Shown here: positions 1 through 5,131 of the stretch, one piece after another | How positions within the stretch are numbered: the first letter of the stretch is position 1 | How the letters are laid out: each line of letters starts with the position of its first letter | Origin: a virus | Lineage: Duplodnaviria > Heunggongvirae > Uroviricota > Caudoviricetes | Virus record (IMG/VR): IMGVR_UViG_2703718772_000017 | Reading direction: 5' to 3' (one strand) | Length of the DNA: 5,490 nucleotides | The notes under the pieces: model-generated | Database searches by the model: none | Seen by the model: only the letters and a program-made list of their open reading frames with translations | Told to the model about the DNA's origin: nothing | Translations under genes and position numbers: made by a program

Positions 1-233
1 TGACGGCGACGCCGCCCTGACAACATCATAATGTTTAAATGTCATTATTCCTCCCGGCCGGGATAGTGTATTAAATCAGATATGGAGTGGGCTGGCTGTA
101 GTCCGGAAGCCTGAATGACACTCGGGGACTACAGCCCAAGAAATGAAAAAAGGCCACGCAGTTGCGCAGCCTGATAAACCCTGGTTAAAATCCACACGAT
201 AACAACACAACAATATCAGTATCTCATGCTATT

Positions 234-258
234 GCCCGAACCCATTCGGGCATTTTTT
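234..258 (+). terminator. Rho-independent terminator for a rightward transcript entering from the left
   Basis: Stem GCCCGAA (234-240), loop CCCA, stem TTCGGGC (245-251), followed by ATTTTTT (252-258). Confidence 0.6.
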
Positions 259-264
259 ACCCAT

Positions 265-289
265 AAAAAAAGCCCCTCCGGAGAGGGGC
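265..289 (-). terminator. Rho-independent terminator ending the leftward replication-module operon
   Basis: On the minus strand: stem GCCCCTC (283-289), loop of 4 nt, stem GAGGGGC (272-278), then a T7 run (plus-strand A7 at 265-271). It lies back-to-back with the plus-strand terminator. Confidence 0.65.
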
Positions 290-492
290 ATGTTTGCATG
301 CACATTCTTTTTCTTGCATGGTGCCGGGTGCCTCCCGGTGAATTCAGTATCAGCACCTGAATCCGCGATTATCACATATACCTGGTTGCTGATTGCCCCT
401 CCGCACAGGGGGATTCACCATGCAGTAGTATTTTTAATAAACAGCAAATAAAAAAATCAAGCATTATGCAGGCTGTTTCTTTTTATCACCGG

Positions 493-624
493 CTACAGCA
501 ATACCACAATGCCGCAGACCAGCACCCCATCCGCCAGCACCGACATGATTCTGCTGGTGAAATCCACCATCACCACCAGAAACAGCAGGAGTGCAGCCAC
601 AGCCAGGCGCAGTTTTACCGTCAC
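493..624 (-). CDS. Small hydrophobic peptide (43 aa), predicted membrane protein, function unknown
   Basis: Not in the ORF track (short, GTG start). GTG at 624-622 is preceded by GGAGA with a 7-nt spacer. It overlaps the upstream frame's TGA stop as GTGA. Translation is MTVKLRLAVAALLLFLVVMVDFTSRIMSVLADGVLVCGIVVLL, with two hydrophobic stretches. Stop TAG at 495-493. Confidence 0.35.
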   Translation of the reverse strand: MTVKLRLAVAALLLFLVVMVDFTSRIMSVLADGVLVCGIVVLL

Positions 625-1066
625 TGGTGATTCTCCAGACGAAGACCCAGAACACCGGCAATCTCTTCCAGCACCTTGCGCTCTTCCGGCTCAATTATTT
701 CTGACGTAAACGCGGACAGCGCAGGCTGATTACGCAGTACCTGTTCGATCTTCGATTTCTAGGAAGCCTCACATTCACCATCTGCACAGGCCACCAGGTA
801 GGCAGCATTAATAACCGCCTGTGCCAGATTTTGCGGGCATTTTGCCAGTCCTTTCGTGCCTGTTCAGACGGGAATAACCCGTAGCCGGAGTTGTATACAT
901 AACCACTGGCAACCAGCTCTCTGGCAAGAATGCTCATCAGATATCTTGTCGCACCTGTTTTAGCTTCCAACTGTCGTAATGTCTCGCGACCGCTCTGGCG
1001 CACAAGTTCGACCACCTGCTCTTTAATTTTTTTCCCGCTCTTCCTGTGTAAAAACTTTTGCCACAA
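621..1066 (-). pseudogene. Disrupted gene: N-terminal part in one frame, C-terminal part in another frame with an internal amber codon
   Basis: The 695..1066 ORF starts with TTG. Its N-terminal half (KIKEQVVELVRQSGRETLRQLEAKTGATRYLMSILARELVASGYV...) is protein-like, but its C-terminal half is W/R-rich and not protein-like. A different minus frame over 621-863 reads TGTKGLAKCPQNLAQAVINAAYLVACADGECEAS*KSKIEQVLRNQPALSAFTSEIIEPEERKVLEEIAGVLGLRLENHQ, which is protein-like, with TAG at 761-759 and stop TGA at 623-621. The frame switch appears to fall near a direct repeat ATTTTGC-GGGC-ATTTTGC (plus 827-844). Confidence 0.35.
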
Positions 1067-1104
1067 GTCCTCCTTAAAATTACCTCATGACCTGAAATCA
1101 ACAC

Positions 1105-2070
1105 TTATCCCCTGAAACCAGGCGGAATTTCTGTATCCGGTTCAGAAATATGATTCACACAACGCTGTACAGGTGAACGTCCCAAGCGGATGACCAGTTC
1201 GTCCCATTTTTCGCGGAGTTTTGACGGGCTCATGATGTTTTTTACCCAGAATGGATCTCGCTGTACCCGACCAAACATTTCGCAAATTTGTCTGTGGCTT
1301 CTGCCATCCAGCATCCGCATTGTGCGCACGTCATTGGCCCAGGCTGTCCAGTTAGGCTCTTTTGGTCGCATGATCTCTCCATCGTCGCTGGCAGCCTGTT
1401 CGTAAAGGTTCACGATCCGCCCCCAAATCCACTGCGCACACGCCAAATCCTCCCTGCTACCCCACTGGCGTTTTTTCGCACTAAACACAACCGCGTCGGG
1501 GTTCCGGATTAAAAAATCCTGTTCAGCGGTCTGCGGGTCCGGTTGCGAAGCTTCCGGACGAAAAGTGTTTTTATTCTCTGTAGTAATCTCTGTTGTATTC
1601 TCTGTAAGATCATCAGGCCATTTTGACCCGATGACATTGGGTCGTTTTGAACCAATGGAGCGTTTCATTTTGACCTCTTCCATCGTGTCATTTTGACCTG
1701 ATGGAGCGGCGCATTTTGAACCGATGGATTCGTTCAATTTGCCACCATCTAAAAGCTCGTTCCCATAGTTGATCGTGTAGAAATTGGTCATATCGCGCTT
1801 TGATTTATTGAGCTTTTCACAACGCAAAAGCCCCAGCGTTTTCAGACTTGCAAACGCGCGCTTTAACGTTGACTCTGACCAGAATGGGAACTGTTCCAGC
1901 CATTGTTCCGTTGTGTTGTAAATCCAGCGAACACCATCACATTCCATGCCGGAATTGGTATCTCTCAACCAGTAATGCAACTGCTGCAACACAATGGCTT
2001 CATTTAAGCCAATCTTCATCGCAAGCTGTGTGTTTATAACCAGTGGGCGTTCAGCAAAAAGAAGGCTCAT
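1105..2070 (-). CDS. Phage replication initiation protein, lambda O-like architecture with DnaT-like C-terminus
   Basis: ORF-track frame 1105..2124 begins with TTG; the first ATG is at 2070-2068 (MSLLFAERPLV...). A repeated SIGSK/IGSK linker is encoded exactly over the DNA iterons. The C-terminus ...HISEPDTEIPPGFRG resembles the C-terminus of primosomal protein DnaT as recalled from memory. The gene sits downstream of the cro-like and cII-position genes. Confidence 0.8.
   Translation of the reverse strand: MSLLFAERPLVINTQLAMKIGLNEAIVLQQLHYWLRDTNSGMECDGVRWIYNTTEQWLEQFPFWSESTLKRAFASLKTLGLLRCEKLNKSKRDMTNFYTINYGNELLDGGKLNESIGSKCAAPSGQNDTMEEVKMKRSIGSKRPNVIGSKWPDDLTENTTEITTENKNTFRPEASQPDPQTAEQDFLIRNPDAVVFSAKKRQWGSREDLACAQWIWGRIVNLYEQAASDDGEIMRPKEPNWTAWANDVRTMRMLDGRSHRQICEMFGRVQRDPFWVKNIMSPSKLREKWDELVIRLGRSPVQRCVNHISEPDTEIPPGFRG
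1561..1612. other. AT-rich tract adjacent to the iterons (putative DNA-unwinding element)
   Basis: AT-rich stretch containing TTCTCTGTA at 1574-1582 and 1598-1606 and a variant at 1586-1597. It lies immediately downstream of the iterons in the gene's direction, as in lambda ori. Confidence 0.5.
1617..1757. repeat. Origin iterons inside the replication gene (putative ori)
   Basis: Five to six direct repeats at about 23-bp period with core (T/G)CATTTTGA(A/C)C, starting at 1619, 1643, 1666, 1689 and 1712, plus a degenerate copy at 1735. Confidence 0.7.
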
Positions 2071-2572
2071 AATTCCATCCAGCTTTTTGTTGGTATTGCT
2101 GTCGATACGCAAGTTTGAAAGCAATTGCTTTTTCTATAAGTTCGTCAGTTTCACGATCCACTACGGCAGGATCAGCAAAAAGCAGTCCGGACTCCACCAC
2201 ATCGCCATATTCTTTGTTTAACCCGGCGATCATGTACGTGATGCTTTTTCCGTCACTAATTTCACGATACAACCTGAAATCATTAATCCGGATAGCCTCC
2301 ATAATTGCAGGCACTAGCGCCGTGAACTTTTCACGCTTATCCCTAGTGTCGATAGCCTTCCAGCGTTCGAATATCTTCACTCGATTAACGCCAAGCGCTC
2401 GCTGATCAACCGCGCCACCTTCATCTGTGACACGCTGAACATCGATGTTCGGGCGCTCTTTCAAAGCCCAGAATGATTCAGTGATTAATATCGTCGCCTG
2501 CTCCTGTGTCATTCCTGGTCGACATATCCAGGCATCCAGAGCCTCACGAGCCTGTTCAGGAGTGATTTTCAT
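2051..2572 (-). CDS. Hypothetical protein in the cII position (173 aa), possibly YdaT-like
   Basis: ATG at 2572-2570. The start overlaps the dicC-like stop by 17 nt and the stop overlaps the replication gene start by 20 nt, indicating one operon. The segment REKFTALVPAIMEAI resembles my recollection of YdaT; this is unverified. Confidence 0.6.
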   Translation of the reverse strand: MKITPEQAREALDAWICRPGMTQEQATILITESFWALKERPNIDVQRVTDEGGAVDQRALGVNRVKIFERWKAIDTRDKREKFTALVPAIMEAIRINDFRLYREISDGKSITYMIAGLNKEYGDVVESGLLFADPAVVDRETDELIEKAIAFKLAYRQQYQQKAGWNYEPSFC

Positions 2573-2783
2573 TGTTCAACCGCCCCGCCCGCTTCGTCTT
2601 ACGATATTCGTCATAAACCTTGGGATCATACAGAAGCTCGCCGCCAGATGCCTCCTGTAGACGCATCGCGCGACCTTCAGGAACCAGCTCTTGCCATTGA
2701 GAAACAGCAGATGGGTCAACGCCAGCAGCTTTCGCTACTTTGGCTTTCGTACCGTAAAAATTAATTACGTCTGATTTAAACAT
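2556..2783 (-). CDS. dicC: DicC-like Cro-type regulator (75 aa)
   Basis: ATG at 2783-2781 with GGAGGT 3 nt upstream is preferred over the ORF-track TTG at 2810. It is divergent from the dicA-like gene. The sequence ...LVPEGRAMRLQEASGGELLYDPKVYDEYRK... is consistent with DicC as recalled, and the length matches about 76 codons. Confidence 0.75.
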   Translation of the reverse strand: MFKSDVINFYGTKAKVAKAAGVDPSAVSQWQELVPEGRAMRLQEASGGELLYDPKVYDEYRKTKRAGRLNNENHS

Positions 2784-2860
2784 CGCACCTCCAATATTGA
2801 GTTTTCTCAAAGCTAATCACTCAAGGAATCTCAAGTCAAGGGTTATTAAGATATCTAAAT
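2784..2860. promoter_or_regulatory. Divergent dicC/dicA promoter-operator region
   Basis: Palindrome TTGAG-TTTT-CTCAA at 2797-2810. CTCAAG direct repeats at 2820-2825 and 2830-2835. Minus-strand -35-like TTGACT (plus 2835-2840). dicA ATG at 2861 has no convincing Shine-Dalgarno sequence. Confidence 0.5.
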
Positions 2861-3268
2861 ATGAACGAGAAAACTTTAGGTCAACGCATTAGAGAAAGAC
2901 GTAAGCAGGTAGGCTTAAGTCAAAACGGTTTAAGCAAAGCTGCTGGCGTATCTGGCTCATCAATTTCATTATGGGAAAGTGACCATACAGCCCCGCGTGG
3001 GCAAAATTTGCATCGCCTCGCCGAGGTATTGCAATGTTCACCAACCTGGATACTGTTTGGCGACGAGGACAAAACACCAGCTCCCCCTGTTTCACTCGAT
3101 AGTGCCTTAGACTTATCGGAAGATGAGTTAGAGATGCTGCGTTTGTATCGCGCACTTCCTAAATCAGAGCAACAAGCACAACTCAGCGAACTCCGCGCCC
3201 GCGTTGAGAATTTTAATCGCCTGTTCACCGAGCTATTAGAGGCTCGCAAACGCAACAAGCATCAATAA
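2861..3268 (+). CDS. dicA: DicA-type HTH (XRE family) repressor, 135 aa
   Basis: N-terminal HTH (LGQRIRERRKQVGLSQNGLSKAAGVSGSSISLWESD). The sequence VLQCSPTWILFGDEDK and the exact length of 135 aa match DicA as recalled. Divergent from the cro-like dicC. Confidence 0.85.
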   Translation: MNEKTLGQRIRERRKQVGLSQNGLSKAAGVSGSSISLWESDHTAPRGQNLHRLAEVLQCSPTWILFGDEDKTPAPPVSLDSALDLSEDELEMLRLYRALPKSEQQAQLSELRARVENFNRLFTELLEARKRNKHQ

Positions 3269-3329
3269 TCATCCCTTCACAAAATTTTAAAGCCTTACAT
3301 TTCAATGTATTGGCTTTATCTTGCGCCAA

Positions 3330-3385
3330 TACTTGAGTTTTCTCATCAAAAAATCTTGACGAAAAATAATGAGAAAACTAAATTA
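3330..3385 (+). promoter_or_regulatory. Putative dicB-operon promoter flanked by operator copies
   Basis: TTGAGTTTTCTCA at 3333-3345 is identical to 2797-2809. An inverted copy of the 10-mer AGTTTTCTCA lies at 3370-3379. Between them is -35-like TTGACG (3355-3360) and, 18 bp downstream, -10-like TAAATT (3379-3384). Confidence 0.5.
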
Positions 3386-3460
3386 CCTCCATCAACACAC
3401 CGCACGGTGTTCTCAGCAAACAGTTCCGCTACCCCGGCGTTAAGGGGAAATGAGGTCAGC

Positions 3461-3613
3461 ATGGATACTATCGATCTTGGCAACAGCGAATCTCTGGTAT
3501 GTGGCGTGTTCCCCAACCAGGACGGTACGTTCACCGCGATGACATATACCAAAAGCAAAACGTTTAAAACCGAATCTGGCGCGCGTTGCTGGTTAGCCAG
3601 AAACACTGACTGA
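3461..3613 (+). CDS. ydfA: YdfA-like small protein (50 aa)
   Basis: Internal ATG at 3461 of the 3305..3613 ORF, with GAGG 5 nt upstream. MDTIDLGNSESLVCGVFPNQDGTFTAMTYTKSKTF... matches Qin YdfA as recalled. It is the first gene after dicA, as in Qin. Confidence 0.75.
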   Translation: MDTIDLGNSESLVCGVFPNQDGTFTAMTYTKSKTFKTESGARCWLARNTD

Positions 3614-3624
3614 TGAGGCTGACG

Positions 3625-3990
3625 ATGGAATTTAAAGATTTACCGTCTGATGTACAGAAAACAGCAGCTCATACATTGCATTCTGTGCTGCGAGAAATCG
3701 GGAAAGATATTGCAAGCGAGCCAGCAAAAGATCTGGCCCGGAAAATCAAGACCGCTTTCGTTGAGCTTTATAATGTTGGCACTGACTCTGAAACTGTCGA
3801 GACCAAGACCGTAAGTTCACCAATATTCTCACTTGAGCCAGGCGTATTAGCAGGTGAAATGTGCACCGAGATTTCCAGCGAACTGCTTCCGGTAATACGA
3901 GAAGCAATTTGCCGTCGCGGTTTGGATGGAAGTTACGATCATGACGTCCTGCAAGTTCTCAGGACAATGGTGACTTCACTGGGGATTTGA
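3625..3990 (+). CDS. Hypothetical protein (121 aa), possibly an unsplit YdfB/YdfC-like protein
   Basis: ATG at 3625 with GAGG 6 nt upstream; the ORF-track ATG at 3613 overlaps the ydfA stop and has no SD. Position between ydfA and dicF corresponds to ydfB plus ydfC in K-12 (about 42 and 72 aa as recalled). Confidence 0.6.
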   Translation: MEFKDLPSDVQKTAAHTLHSVLREIGKDIASEPAKDLARKIKTAFVELYNVGTDSETVETKTVSSPIFSLEPGVLAGEMCTEISSELLPVIREAICRRGLDGSYDHDVLQVLRTMVTSLGI

Positions 3991-4159
3991 TCCCTGCGTC
4001 CTCTAACCTTTTGATATAGCGGTCCTCCAAGAAGCGGTAAATTTTGTCGAAATCATCTTTCCCCTCTGGTTTATTCAGAGGATTACAGGACCCGTAAGTA
4101 GCGGCATACATTTCAACCGTTTTATCAAAAATATAAGAGACAAATTCTTCTTTAGTCAT
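3959..4159 (-). CDS. Hypothetical small protein (66 aa) encoded antisense within the dicB operon, in an AT-rich island
   Basis: ATG at 4159-4157 with AGAAGGAAA 7 nt upstream. Translation is MTKEEFVSYIFDKTVEMYAATYGSCNPLNKPEGKDDFDKIYRFLEDRYIKRLEDAGIKSPVKSPLS. A 96-codon open frame in AT-rich DNA is unlikely by chance. The 3' end overlaps the convergent ydfBC-like gene by 32 nt. Confidence 0.4.
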   Translation of the reverse strand: MTKEEFVSYIFDKTVEMYAATYGSCNPLNKPEGKDDFDKIYRFLEDRYIKRLEDAGIKSPVKSPLS

Positions 4160-4434
4160 ATAGATTTCCTTCTTGGTTATTCGGAATAAGAAGGATACCA
4201 CCTCGCCTGACGTGGTTAAAAGCAGGCACACAACACGAAAGCGCACGGCGAAGTTCGTCTCACTGTACGGTGTCGTTAAATTTAATTCGACCGTGCGCTT
4301 CCGGTTGTGGCAACCCGCGAAATGGCGCGGCGGTAAGTATGGCGGGGTTATTCCTTCCCCGTTGAGGACACCGGGTTGTCAGGTTGACCATACGCTTAAG
4401 TGACAACCCCGCTGCAACGCCCTCTGTTATCAAT

Positions 4435-4492
4435 TTTCTGGTGACGTTTGGCGGTATCAGTTTTACTCCGTGACTGCTCTGCCGCCGTTTTT
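4435..4492 (+). ncRNA. dicF: DicF small RNA (ftsZ-targeting sRNA) with intrinsic terminator
   Basis: TTTCTGGTGACGTTTGGCGGTATCAGTTTTACTCCGTGACTGCTCTGCCGCC followed by a T-run matches DicF as recalled. Terminator stem GGCGG (4451-4455) with CCGCC (4482-4486), then TTTTT (4488-4492). It lies immediately upstream of dicB. Ends are approximate. Confidence 0.75.
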
Positions 4493-4661
4493 AAAGTGAA
4501 TTTTGTGATGCGGTGAATGCGGCTAAGCGCACGCGGAACAGTTAAAACCAAAAACAGTGTTATGGGTGGATTCTCTGTATCCGGCGTTAATTGTTAACTG
4601 GTTAACGTCACCTGGAGGCACCAGGCACTGCATCACAAAATTCATTGTTGAGGACGCGATA

Positions 4662-4850
4662 ATGAAAACGTTATTACCAAACGTTAATACGTCTGAAGGT
4701 TGTTTTGAAATTGGTGTCACTATCAGTAACCCTGTATTTACTGAAGATGCCATTAACAAGAGAAAACAAGAACGGGAGCTATTAAATAAAATATGCATTG
4801 TTTCAATGCTGGCTCGTTTACGTCTGATGCCAAAAGGATGTGCACAATGA
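4662..4850 (+). CDS. dicB: Cell division inhibitor DicB (62 aa)
   Basis: ATG at 4662 with GAGGA 7 nt upstream. MKTLLPNVNTSEGCFEIGVTISNPVFTEDAINKRKQERELLNKICIVSMLARLRLMPKGCAQ matches DicB as recalled. It follows dicF. Confidence 0.85.
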   Translation: MKTLLPNVNTSEGCFEIGVTISNPVFTEDAINKRKQERELLNKICIVSMLARLRLMPKGCAQ

Positions 4851-5038
4851 ATTCAGCATTTGCGCTTGTTCTGACAGTTTTTCTTGTTTCCGGAGAGCCA
4901 GTTGATATTGCAGTCAGTGTTCACAGGACAATGCAGGAGTGTATGACTGCAGCAACCGAACAGAAAATTCCCGGTAACTGTTACCCGGTCGATAAAGTTA
5001 TTCACCAGGATAATATCGAAATCCCGGCAGGTCTTTAA
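4847..5038 (+). CDS. ydfD: YdfD-like small lysis protein (63 aa)
   Basis: ATG at 4847 overlaps the dicB stop as ATGA, indicating translational coupling. MNSAFALVLTVFLVSGEPVDIAVSV... has a hydrophobic N-terminus and matches YdfD as recalled. Confidence 0.8.
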   Translation: MNSAFALVLTVFLVSGEPVDIAVSVHRTMQECMTAATEQKIPGNCYPVDKVIHQDNIEIPAGL

Positions 5039-5131
5039 AACAGTTCCGTAATAAATATCCGGTTTCATTCTTATATGCCAGCAATGGCAGGGATTTGTTC
5101 ATCCTTAAATCTGTCATGAGGTTAAAACAAA

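Noticed and set aside
1-460. Possible tRNA, integrase attachment site or CRISPR elements at the left end
   Set aside because: No T-loop-like GTTCRANYC motif or cloverleaf was found, and no regularly spaced repeat-spacer pattern was seen. Only isolated palindromes and terminators are present.
464-694. 76-aa minus-strand ORF (TTG start) and the overlapping 66-aa plus-strand ORF 509..709
   Set aside because: Both translations are low-complexity (G/W/R- or S/T/R-rich) and lack SD sequences. The protein-like frame over this interval is a different minus frame (the 43-aa peptide and the upstream frameshifted gene).
2071-2124. ORF-track start of the replication gene at 2124
   Set aside because: It is a TTG codon with no clear SD. 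The first ATG at 2070 gives a compact overlap with the upstream gene.
1190-2405. Plus-strand ORFs 1190..1405, 1288..1512, 1848..2039, 1994..2221 and 2115..2405
   Set aside because: They are antisense to the well-supported replication and cII-position genes, have unusual composition and no ribosome-binding sites.
2810-2810. ORF-track start of dicC at 2810 (MRKLNIGG...)
   Set aside because: That codon is TTG without an SD and lies inside the operator palindrome. The ATG at 2783 with GGAGGT upstream is preferred.
2445-3258. ORFs 2445..2660 (+), 2889..3155 (-) and 2920..3258 (-)
   Set aside because: They are antisense shadows of the dicC-like and dicA genes, with S/R/C-rich translations.
3305-3460. 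N-terminal extension of the ydfA ORF (102-aa version starting at 3305)
   Set aside because: The extension runs through the promoter and operator region, has no SD, and an internal ATG at 3461 with a good SD gives the expected 50-aa YdfA.
4173-4403. 76-aa plus-strand ORF across the structured dicF leader
   Set aside because: R/K/G-rich translation and no SD. The region is better explained as structured RNA.
4523-5068. Minus-strand ORFs 4523..4798 and 4853..5068, and plus-strand 4557..4661 and 4793..4846 extensions
   Set aside because: They are antisense to dicB and ydfD or are upstream extensions lacking an SD. The internal ATGs with SDs give the expected 62-aa and 63-aa proteins.
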